A stretch of DNA of 64,000 bases, taken from the NCBI RefSeq assembly GCF_006345805.1, contig NC_043001.1, forward strand, positions 45,756,001-45,820,000, written 5' to 3'. Position 1 is the first letter of the stretch; each line of letters opens with the position of its first letter. This DNA is from Octopus sinensis (taxonomy: Eukaryota). Shown here piece after piece: positions 1-12,800 of the stretch. Under the pieces are notes generated by a model that did no database searches, was not told where the DNA came from, and saw nothing but the letters and a program-made list of their open reading frames with translations. The translations under genes and the position numbers were made by a program.

Positions 1-10
1 TACATAGAAA

Positions 11-803
11 TTAGCCACTTCTTTGGCTGAATCTGGACATCGGGCTAAAACATTTTTAAGGATTTTAAGGATAGGCATAAGGTTGATTTTACCTTTCATC
101 CACAAGGGTGAAAGGCAAAATTGACCTTGATAGATTTGAAATTAGAATGTAAAGAATTGAAAAACTCAAGATGAATACTGCTGTTTACATGATCTAGAAA
201 TATCAATAATATACTTATATTATATTTTGACTGAATGAATTAATAATGGATGGATTAAAAAAGGCATAATTAATTTTTTTATAGAAAGAAAATGAAAAAA
301 AAAAAAAACGAAAAGAAAAATGAAACCTACTTCACTATTAAACCACATTAACCTGGACTCCTCATAGTATTTGAACATACCATAGTCAGGGTTTAGAATT
401 TCACGCATGATAAGTAGGAAAAACTCCTGGTAGAGAAAAAGAAAGTAAAAAGACAATTATAGAAAGCAAATTTATTATGTATGTACATGTAAACACACAT
501 ACAGTGTGTGTGTATGTATGTATGTATACACACACACATGCACATATGTAATACATAGAAGTTATTAATTTCTTACATTGATATAACTCAGTTTCTTAGT
601 ACCCTAAATTATGAGACATAAGGAAGGAGCAATGGATAAGTTTGGATTAAAGCTGGAGATCTGGACAATGAAAAAGTCTCTTGGAACAGCCTAAAATAAA
701 TTCCTTGCAACACGAAATGGTACAAACATTAATCTAATAGAATGCTAACACACTTGAACATAACCCTGTTGGGATGTCCAGATTCAGCCAAAGAAGTGGC
801 TAA
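11..803. repeat. Perfect 31-bp inverted repeat pair flanking exon 20
   Basis: 11-41 TTAGCCACTTCTTTGGCTGAATCTGGACATC and its exact reverse complement at 773-803. Confidence 0.9.
331..426 (-). CDS. HERC4: HERC4-like exon 20 (96 nt, HECT domain)
   Basis: Acceptor TCTCTACCAG|; EFFLLIMREILNPDYGMFKYYEESRLMWFNSE; donor GAA|GTAGGT. Confidence 0.93.
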
Positions 804-3800
804 ATGACCAACAGACTTAATGCGCATTGGTAAATATGTTCACTGAAGAGTAAAGGTAATGCAAGTGATACGCAGTACTGCCACACTGCCAGAATTTGTA
901 TCAAATTACCAACAATACTAATAGAATTATTCTGCTGTAAAACACATCAGGTATTGTTATAAAAACCAGTGCAAATAAATCCTGTACTGGAGCAGTGAGT
1001 TTTCCTATGGCAAATTTTCCTGCGACAAAAATATTTATGGCAAATGTTCCTAGAACCGTACTGGAGAAGAGACGCCAAGAATATAGGGATTAGAAAGCAA
1101 GGAAATTCTAACAGGAGTACTTAGTACCAATTTCAAAGGCTCCTAGCAGGCTCATTGAAAGTGTAAAATATATACTGAATTATTTCATTGAATCCAGCAC
1201 ATATAATGCATAAATACTCATGCAGGCAATTTCAAAGTTAAGTTAAACATTAACATGGCACCTGCTGCCTGTTGTCTGGCTTAGATGCAAACCAACACTG
1301 ATACAAGAATTATAATGATAAAAACAAAATAATGAAAGCATGATCTACCTTTGTTACACCACCTTCATCAACAGCTTCTTCTCCAGCAAATATCACCTGA
1401 ACAGAAGAGAGAGATTCATAAATGGTTAAGGTATTTGTAAGTGACAGAAACATACAAACACATTCATAAGCATGTACATAGATATACATACAAGCATACA
1501 CAGACACACACTCATAAGCACATGTATACAAAGATACAGGCACATATTGAGAAGAGACAAAATATAAAGTAAAGCAAAAATCTTGAGAATCTTACTTTTA
1601 ATGGTTTCTTGAGGTCAGCAGGACTGCGCTTGTTGAGCTGGTCAAGGGTGTTTTGCATGATGTTGTCTCGTTGAACAAGAAGCATAAGACAAGGGTTGAT
1701 TTGGCCAAATGCATTGGAAAAGGTTGTAGTGTTCAGGAAAGCCACTTCCCCAATGGCATACTGAAAATATAAATAAAAATGGGTGAATAGAGTAAGGTGG
1801 TAGCAAAGTGTGTGAGATAATTACTTATTGTGTGACAGCAATCATCCAAATTTGTGATAGTAATTTTATGAGTGTTCTATCTGTTGTATATGCACCCATA
1901 AATTATATGGGGTGGCACTATTTTGTGCACTTTTTCTAAAAGAGTGAATGAAAGAATGGAGTCCACTAGACCAGTTTTAGATCAGCAAGTACATACTGTA
2001 TGTAAAATCAGCTATTTATATTGCATGTCATGGTCTAATGTACTGAATAAAACTTATTAAAGTAAAGTAGTTATTGTTTCTGCAGCTTGAGGATGCTCTT
2101 CTAATTTGTTAAGCATTACACTCAATTGTGAAGTCGAGAGTGGGGCCTTCTTTGTTTTATTGCGAATTAACTCATCATTAAAAACAAATGTAGGGGTTGT
2201 AGATGAAAACATCAGAGAAAGAGCTTACCCGCATTTGAAGGTAGTTATCTGTCTTAAGAAGCACATACTTTGTTGCTGCGTCAAACAGGAAGGCGTAATC
2301 ACAAAATAGCAAAGTTTCGCTCTGAAATGAAGTAAGTCACAGTAAAGAAATGATCTAGAATGCAAGGCAAAAAGATGGGAGCAAGGGATTGAGTAAAACA
2401 TGTGGAGATGAAGGAAGGTGATAAAGTTAGGAGAAACAGAGTCAATGTTATATGGTATAATAGATTACAGAAATGACGAGTAGAGATTGATGATTATGAT
2501 AAAGCAACGAAGGGAGTACTCAACAGACTTGAAGTATGGGGAATTACATAAGGTAGAGTAGATGCAGTTTAGTTTTTTGCTGGGAAAAATAGGATGGAAT
2601 TTCTTGTCACTTTTTTACCTAACATTTAGTGAAATGGCAGTGTTATTAAAGTATTAAACAGAACACCTTATGGTTCTGACTATGTGCTTTAGGTAACTTT
2701 GCTTTTCATCCTTTTGGTGTTGATAGAAAGAGGACCAATCCTGGGCAGTGGACTGGTAGAATTCTAAAAATGTTAGGCTAGATGTCTTGTGGTATCTGTT
2801 CTGGCTCTTTGCATCCTGTGTTCAACACCTGGCACGGGAAATAGATTTAATCTATCACCACCTAGCACTTTGAGTAACTTCAGCTGAGTCCTCTGTGTCA
2901 CAAGCATTTGGGCTAGGTTGTCAGTTTGAGGATCCAGCCCACCCTGCCCTAATGGGTTTTTGAAAATAAAACCTGTTATTCTTTATTTAAAATGTTCATA
3001 CCAGAATAGGTCTGTCTCTCTCTCTCTCTTACACAAAAACCAGCCCACACTCCAGACTGAAGAAAGCAGCAACATGAGTTTTAAGACTGTTATACAATGA
3101 GTCTAATAGCTAATGAGATGAGAAAAATTGTGGAGAGGAGGAAAGAAGAGGTAAAAAAAAAGATGTGCAGTATAATTGTTTTGTAGTTGTATGGATAGCA
3201 TAGCATTAACTAATATTGTACAACAGTAATGAAAATGATAATGCAGATGAAACCACAGTGGTAGCAAGAAAGGAAAACAGATAAAGATTGCTTGTTGTCA
3301 TTCCTATGCTTACCTCTGACATTTCCATGTTACTAGTCTTCTGAATCCATGCTATATAGTCCTGCCTGATGTTTACAGCCTCCTTCACTTCAGGCACATA
3401 GAATTGGTGGTATGGGATGATCTGGCCATTACTTTCATTCACCTGAAACCGATGACAATATATAAAACACACAAAGAAATGAATTTAACAACTAAGAATG
3501 GATTCAGTATCAAGTTTTCCTCTTTACTCTCTTTTATTTCTTTCAGTCATTTTGACTGCGGCCATACTGGAGTACCACCTTTAGTCGAGCAAATCGACCC
3601 CAGGACTTCTTTGTAAGCCTAGTACTTATTCTATCGGTCTCTTTTGCCGAACTGCAAAGTTACGGTGATGTAAACACACCACCATCGGTTGTCAAGTGAT
3701 GTTGGGGGGACAAACACAGACACACACACATATATATATACATACATATGACGGACTTCTTTCAGTTTCCGTCTACCAAATCCACTCACAAGGCTTTGGT

Positions 3801-6800
3801 CGGCCCGAGGCTATAGTAGAAGAGACTAGCTCAAGGTGCCACGCAGTGGGACTGAACCCGGAGCCATGTGGTTGGTAAGCAAACTACTAACCACACAGCC
3901 ACTCCTGCGCCTTTCATTTTTTTTTCAAGTTTAAACTTTCAAACTGAAAATTCTAAGAGGTTTTCGAAAACTGAAAGGGGGAAAGGCAAATTAAAGGAAT
4001 ATTCAAGAGAGGAAAAAAATAATACCCTCTCCCACCTCACACACACAAAAAGAACTTTAAAAATTAGGAAGTTAAATTCTAACTGAATTTAAACTTAAAA
4101 TTCAATGATGAAAAAATATGTGAAATTAAAATTTGAATCAATGACAAATTACAAATTCATAACTTAATTTTCATTTGAGGCCAAATTTCCATTTCACCCC
4201 TATCTTGGTTTTGGTTCATGAAAATACTTGTTTAACTCTCCATACCAATACCTGATTTAATTCTCCCTCACCCCAACAAATACTCACCGAATTGAGCTTC
4301 TTGAGAACTTCCATTGAGACAAGCACCGTTCTCTTCTTGATTTGTTGCTGGTAAACAAAGGTTGAACAACAAATTTGAAAATATTTTGTCGTGATGAAAT
4401 TTTTGCTTAGAAATAAATTTACAACAAAATCCATTCTACTTGACCTGATGCGAAACAGTTTCACCTAGTTGTACTGAGCTATTACCGAAATAAAGTCTTC
4501 TTGTTGCATTATAAATTATATAGAAGTTTTTTTATTCTACTACACCTTAAGTTTTCTGTCAACATTTCAATGTTATACAGAGCTGAATAAGTTTGTAATT
4601 GTTTGATATTTGCATATGAATAATTGGAATAAATTTTATTTTTCTAGTGTTTCAAACAATTTAGAAGTGAAAAAACAAACATTTAGCATGATGTGTTTTG
4701 CCTAGGAGTGAATTCAATGGAGGCAGCACTCTTGCAGACCAATATTTTAATTAAAAAAAAAAAACTTTATTGCTTATTCATTAAAAAACAAACATACAAT
4801 AACTATGGTACAAAGCAAATTAAAATGCAGAATATTTTTATAAACGAATTTGAAGAAAGAACTTACATCAGATTCCCTAGTAGCTAATGGGGATGAAAAT
4901 ATATAACTAAGACACTGTTTGTAAACCTGAAAGAAAAAAAATGTTATGAAAAATCCTTTTGAGGACATCTAGAACAGTTTTGCTATTATCATACAGAATA
5001 TAGTATTACAACTTCACTTGTTGATCAATAAATCTCTGTGATTAAGTAACAGAGCCAGTTAAAACTGGTACAGCAATGTTTGTGACAGCAGTAATGCTTA
5101 TAGTTAATGCTGCACAAATATGCATGTGTGATCATTATTACATCATTTAATGTCCATGTTCTTAATCTTTTGGGTTTTGTGGTACACTGGAGACAAAGTG
5201 AATTACTGGCACTTTCCATGGGTAAAGTTAAAAGAAACAAGTTTTTAACGTAAAAAATTTTCTTAAAAATTAGAAAACCATTGCTAGCATCATCATCATC
5301 ATTAACCATCCGTTTTCCATGTTGGCATGGGTTGGACGGTTTGACAGGAGCTGACCAGCTGAAGGACAGTTCAGGCTCCCTCTCTGTTTTGCTATAGTTT
5401 CTATGGCTGGATGCCCATATAGCAAAACTATAATAGCACTTTTTTCAAGACATTCAAACAATGAAAAAAGAAAAAAAAACTTCTCATATTAGCAGAAAGC
5501 CCCAAATCTGTACATGAAAGGGTGTTATTTATATTAACCCCCAAAGAGTGAACCCCTCCCCCGAGTTTTAAAGCTGGGTTTAAAACTCGGAATACGAAGC
5601 AAATCTAAGCCTGAATAGGATCTTGATCTATCAACTTTTCCAAGAGGAGGACTATTGCAAGCTATCAAAATACCTGTTGATTCCATAGTGAGCTGTACAG
5701 CATTGCAGTACCTACATACGGCTTTTCTGAACCTGGCTATTAAGAGCCATGAATACATTACAGTTATTATCAGGTACTTAGTGACCTGAAGTTATTTAGT
5801 TTCATCTATTTAAGCTATGACTTCCATTTCCACTGAAGTTAATATTGCTCTTTATGCTTCTGGGGCAAGTAAACTAGAGTACCAGTCAAGTGTTCAAGAG
5901 CCAATCTAACATACTTGTCATCCATCCAAAATATGTGGCCACATGCATAAATTAAAATCAGAACAGCTCCCATATTTCATTGTCAGTTCAACATAGAATA
6001 TCAATGGAAAAAATTAAGTAAATAAAAAAATTCAGTCAAAACATGGAAAAAAATTCATAATGAAAACTTACATAAACAATTCTGCTGAAATACTTTGACT
6101 CCAGCATGGCCCACCATGATTCTGAAAGTAGTTTAATAAAAAAAAACTTTGAAATAAAGCAAAAGAAGTTATCAGAATACATACAACTATATTCCTTGTT
6201 GTGTGTAAATCTCTGCTCAAATATATTGACCACTCAATCTTCAATGCTACATGCATAACTTAAATTTTATTCATTTCCAAACACAAGATTTTGTTTGAGA
6301 GGAAACAATCAGTATTTTACATACACATACATGTTTTTATATGCATCAAAACAGCAAACATTGATTAACATAGGATACAATTTTATTGATAGTAACTTTG
6401 AACTCACCGAGTGGCTTATTCAAAGTGTGAAACAGGGAGATGCAACAGATACTAAGTTATCATAGTATCCGTTGCATCATTCAAATAGGAAGAGGTGTGT
6501 TTAGAATCAATATCATTTAATGTCTATTTTCCACGTTGGCATGGGTTGGATGATTTAACAATGAGCTGCAGGACTGCATAAGCTACAGTGTCAGCTTTTA
6601 CATGGTTTCTACAGTTGGATGCTTTTCCTAACATCCACCCACCACTTTACAGTGTGTAATGGGTTTTTTTTTTTTTTCATGATACCTGCATGGAGTAACT
6701 TGCAAGACAAGAAAAAACAAGAGGGAGCAAACAATCCCTTGCCTGACTGAGTGTGTGTATCTGAGAGGTGGGAGTTGACTTTATGCCAGGCATTTAGAGG

Positions 6801-9800
6801 CTAAATATGATAGGACAAGTGCAGGTGTCTTATAAAGGAGATACATGGCCATCCCACATTATATGGAGGTGAGAGTTACTGAAAAGAAGATGGTAATGCT
6901 GAGGTGTCAAGCAAACTCTCAAGGTACAAGTGAGTATAAGAGAGAATATGGGGGATTGGTGTAAGGGTAGGTAGGGAAGAAGAGGGTAGGTAATTTCATA
7001 TGAGTGTGGGAGAAAAGTAACAGGTAGTTAGAGATGGGGACAGAGGAGATAATGAGTGATGAACAAGGGCAGAGATGTGATTGATGGGAAATATTAGTAT
7101 GGAGGAGGGTATAATGGGAGAGGTAGAAGTAGCTCAGGAAGGAATATAGATGAGAAAGTACGAGGGTGATGTGCAAGGTAATGTACAGTGACAGTGATGG
7201 AGGTAAGAAGTACATAAGGGTGGCTATAGTGAGTGGAGAAGATAACAGAGGACGGGTGCAATGATGCTGGATATGAGGTATTAAAGATGCAGTATTACAA
7301 TAGTGATGATGACAGTGTCCTGAATCAACAGTTATGGCAATAGAGGACAAGTAAAGACCATTAAAAACAAACAAAATGCAACAGAAGAAAGAAGAGTGTT
7401 ACTAACCAAGGACTCGTAGCGCAGCCCTATCAAGCTGAATCAGCTTCAAACCAAAAGGTGTGATCAAAGCGCTATGACGATGTGGCTGATCCATAAAAGA
7501 CATCTCAGGTAGAATCAAGTACAACCGGAGAGCTTCCATGTGAGGGGGAGACTTTGGCAACTGGGAGATCAGGTTATTCACTAAATGGTCTAATATCTGA
7601 GAATAGATAAATGGACAGTTGATACAGATTGCTGATTAGACAGATAATATCTATTGTTGGAAAATGGGGGGGTAGAAAAAAAGAGAGACACAGACATACG
7701 CAGATGGAAAACTAATTGATAAAAAGAGAAAGAGAAACAGAAAATGAAGACAGGTAGAAATATATAGTGAGAATGAAAAAGGAAAGGGACAAAGGTAGAG
7801 AGGAAGAAAGATAGCGGTAGAAATATTGAGTACATAGTAAGAGAGAAAAGACTGACTGATCAATGTTGGGCTAGTGATGTAGTAATATGTACTTACACGA
7901 TTTACTAATTGTTTGTTGTCAAGCTGTGCCAACTCACTGACATGCTGCCTGACACGTTTCATGTCAACACCACTATTCTTGATGTTACAATGGACATGGT
8001 CGCTGCAGGAGAAAAAAAAAAAATCACAATACAAACTTGGGTCATCTTTACAATTCCCAAATCTTAAGTCTGACTGCCATAATACATTCTCTAAGGATCA
8101 CATGTTCAGAAGTTCAAAGTTTATTTACAACTATTATAACGCTAAAATTCATATTAGAATTTTATGTACAATAAAAAAAAAATTTTATTGGACTTTATTT
8201 TTTAACCTTCTGCCTGTCTAACAGATTTTTCTAAGTATGTCTTAAACATCTATATTTGTTTTCAGACTTTTAACTAGCCCTTGTTTCTTACATTCTGAGA
8301 ATTATAAAGCTTTCTTTTCCTAAATCCCAAGTTACTCTGGTAGTTGACAAAAAAAATGTGGAATGTGTATCATGTAACTAGCATGGACACCAGGGAAATA
8401 TGTCCTATGTATCACATATACACAGAACAGGAAAAGGGTCGAAATTAATAGTACAGTCCCTGAGCCAAGTGCATAAAACTGCTCCATTCTCATTTCACAA
8501 GTCACCTCAACACAAATCACTTCATCCATGTCTCTACCTCATTCATTTAAAAATGAAAAAGGTCAAGAGTGAACCTTGAATCTATTTAAAAGAAATCAGT
8601 ATTTTCTAATAGGCTTGATACATCTACTTATTAAATTTCTTTCCATTTGCTTCAGAGTGTTAGTAAAAATGCCTCAAAATATTTCAGTTGTTTATAATTC
8701 TGAGTTCATGACTGTGTGGTTGGCAACAGGAAGGGCATCCAGCTATAGGAGATCAGCTTCAACAAATTCCACCTGATCCATGTAAACATGGGTAAGTGGA
8801 CATTAAAGCAATGAGAAGTCCAAATCCAGCTTAGGGTGACTATGCCTTTCATCCTTTTGGAGTCGATGTAATTGACTAGTGCCCTCCCCCAAAATTTCTG
8901 GCCTTGTGCTTGAAAGGATTATTATTATTATTATATAAAAATTATTACATGATGATTTAGTCAACAGAGATATTGAACAAATCCTCTCAAATTACAAGCA
9001 GCTTTCTTAAGATTTTTGCAGAATACAGGTGATACTTCATACAAATCCACAATACAGACCCAAATTCCAGTATCTTTCAGCCTCTTAGGAATCAGGTTAA
9101 GCATTATACCAATTACTATAGGGACAATATTCACTCATGCTTAAGAAGTTCTTCATCTCTTTGGTTAGGTTTTGGTATTTCTCTATTTTCTCAATGTAAG
9201 ATATGGGCTATTCATTCTGTTATATCTCCACTCTTACAAATATGTGAGCCTTGTGCCAGTGTAAGAAAACATAATTATAATAATATCCTAGACCACACTC
9301 CTGGTTCCTCTTCTACTCACCTTGTACCTTGGGGGTCCACCTAGGCACCTCATCACCATTATTTTTATCTCTTTCCAGTTCCACCCAATCACTCTTACCT
9401 TCTCTTCTAAAATGTGAATAGTCATGCAGCTCCTCTATAACAAGAAACCTGTTCTGCTCTGGCCCCTTCTCTCATACTTTAACCCTTCATCTCCCAGCAT
9501 AGAGCCGCTCCTTTGGGGTTCATAGTCTTGCAAGTTGCATGGTGACCTCAATAGTGCTGGTGGCATGAAAAAAGCACCCAGTACATGCTGTAAAATGATT
9601 GGCATCCAGCTGTAGAAACCATGCCAAAGCAGACATTGGAGCACAATGCAGTCCTTGGACCCCTTGGATCATGTCAAACTGTCCAACCCATGCCAGCATG
9701 GAACATGGATATTAAATGATGATGATCATGATGAACTGTATAAATAAAAGAAATATGGAAAAAAAATGTCAACAAATTATAATTTTTTGTCTGCGCATAT

Positions 9801-12800
9801 CAAATCTCTCCATTATTTCTCAAATCACCCAAACAAGGGGTTTGGGAAGCTGAAATTGTATGCGAGACCAGAAGAAAAATTGATTTGCAAAATTGAAAAT
9901 GGTATAATTCACAGAAAACTTCAGACAGGTGTTGTGATGAGGACACTCGTGCTGTCAATGTCAACAAATGAGAATAAAAGCTAAAGATGTCTGATAACTC
10001 AACAATAGCTGTTTAACTGAAGGTCAGCTCTAATCTATCATACTTTCCAGCTGTGTCGATCCAGAATTTTCATAAAGACAAAACTGCCCAATGTGCGACT
10101 GGATGGAGATTTGACTACTATTACTAACAAATTAAATGACCAGGTAGAAGCTACCTTGTTGACTCCTAACTTTACAGTGAAACAGAAAAAAATGGTGAAA
10201 ATGAATGTGTATACTCACTTATGTAAGAATGATCCATTTAAACAAGAAGCAGAGGAGAATACTTTTTCTACTCTTCTGTTAAAGACAAAAGAAAAACACA
10301 ATACATAGTTGTCTCATAATTAATTCTGTTTAAATAAACTCAAATTTAGGAATATATCTCAACCTCCCAAAAAAGCAATTAGCTTAATAATAGAAAGCAT
10401 GAAAAAAAGAAATGATGTCAAGTATAAAGGGTTGGACTAGTTGTTCATAGTTTGTGAGTTCAAATTCACTGTAAGTATATTGTTTCTACTTTATTTGACA
10501 CTGCATCACTTCACCTTTATGTCAAGAATATCTTTCAAATCATCTGAGTATGTTACTGGTGATAGACCATCACCCTCTCCAGGTAGAGATTTCCTCTCAT
10601 TTGCCTAACAACATGACACTTAGAGTTAAGCAGTAGCTTTTAAATAATGCTCATTAAAGTTTGGGTGGTATTTAAATTTTACAGCAAAAAGTATGAAAAT
10701 AAAAGTGCTTTGGTTCAATTATCAGTATAACAAGAACATTTATGCATGATTTTTTTCAGTCATGGTTGTTGCCATGTAAAAAGCACCCATTACATTCTCG
10801 GAGTGGTTGGTGTTAGGAAGGGCATCCAGCCATAGAAACCATGCCAAATCAGGCTGGAACCTGGTGTAGCTCTCCAGCTTACCAGTTCCAGTCAAACTAT
10901 CTATCTATGCCAGCATGGAAAGTAGACATTAAATGATGATGATGATGATTCACAAGTAAACAAATAGTTCAACACTTTTGGCATGAAATTCATGAACATC
11001 AGGAACTAAAGTTGACAAACAAAGCTTTCCCACAACTTCTAAATCAGATTTCAATTAAGGTTAATAATCTACTCCCACAAGACTCCCATTAGCTTTTATG
11101 ACTGGGATTATACCTAGAAGTGTATTCTAAATAAGGTTAAAGATGACAAATACAGTGACATGTATGTTATAATACGAGGTTTAGGGCAATAAAAGAACAG
11201 TTTTATAAAATTGTTTCGGAAGTTATCTGACATAAATGCATTAACCCTTTAGCATTCAGATTACTGTAAAATGTATATGTTTATTTATTCACATTGTTTG
11301 AATTAATCATGGTTGCTTGATTTGGATGGTTTGAACATAAAACAAGACGAATGCTCTAGGGTGGATATGACCAGTTTAAATGCTGAAAGGTTAAATAACC
11401 AAGAAACAACAAGCAATAGTAATGTGATGGTTCTTTTTAACTGACATAGTTCTAAGTTAAATGGAATATATAGATAAAGAAGACATCTAAATGTAAAAGT
11501 TTTTTAGCCATTCTTTTGTCCTCAGAGCTTGAAGTATCATTACTTTCCATTTACCTGACATAGTTCAGTAGGTAGAATACATGTTTGACATATAAGTGCA
11601 TAAACACACTTAGAAGACTCTCTACACTATAAGTTTAGGTATAATACCACTGTTTTACAGTTACAGCCCTAAACACATGTGCACACAGTTACAACCAAAA
11701 ATGTTCACATAAATACAACAAACAAATGAAAGCGTAAAGAAATGGAAGAAAACAACTGAAAATAAAAGGGGTGGGTGAAAGAGTGTAACACACATTAAAA
11801 ACCCAACAAGCAAAAAATATAATGAATACTAACTCTAATAAATCCTGAGATGGCTGCTCATCTTCTGAAATACTATACATTTCTTCAAAGAGAGCCTGAG
11901 TACAGGTGAGAGGTTTCTGTTCACAAATGGATTCCCGGAAATCTTCAGCTGCTACATTTTCCTGGGACAAGAGAGGGTTCTGATCAGTGTGATGGCAATA
12001 ATACTGTTATGCATAACAATACATGGCTGTTTTGATTTTAACGAAACTTGGACAAATATTGATAGAAGTTGTAGCAGTAGTAGTGGTGAATAATAAACCC
12101 AAGTATGCTGATTATTAGTATAGAAAGGTAATTGGAATAACTGAACACAATAAGCAGCACAAAAAAAAAAATTCGCTGAAAAGTCAAAAATCAACTCTTC
12201 TCATATTACATAAACTAATTTAACAAATTTTACTGTACATAGAAAAGCCTAGTACAACACTGTGTTGTAGTCCTTAAAAGGTACAAGCTTATTTTCTTAC
12301 TACAATCTGCTTTTGTGTACCCATTTCTGGTATAATAACTACTCCACAACTCAATAATCTGTAGTTAGAGGTCATCAAATAATAACAACAAATTATTTTA
12401 GGTGCGAACGAGAAATACCTTAAAGGCATTACCTAAATTACATATGAAGATAATAAAAATAAGATTAAAATTGTCAGTGGATATATCCTCCATCATTTTC
12501 TACTTATTCTATTCAGTGCAGACAATTGTAAAGGAATTCAGATCTAAAAGAATCTGGTTCTCATTTCAGATTGTTCAAAACATGAAAAAGAATGAGGAAC
12601 TAATTTGTAGTAAGGGCTACAAAAGCCCAACAGCATCAGATGTCTAGCCACATAGTATACTTTCATATAAAGGCTATCTGAAGCAAAGTTAGTCCTTCTA
12701 CTCCTATTACCATATCAGTGAAACATGTAAAAATGACATACTCACCTGTACAGGGGAACACACTACAAGACAATGGTCACCACCAGAATAAACCCTTTTT

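Noticed and set aside
3696-3878. Recurring short ORFs ending CHAVGLNPEPCGW (also 32480-32677, 35288-35500)
   Set aside because: These are antisense readings of SINE family 1 heads, not a peptide gene family.
6385-6480. Extra exon ending at the CG|GTGAGT donor near 6407
   Set aside because: No plausible acceptor upstream, and the reading frame is already complete between exons 12 and 13.
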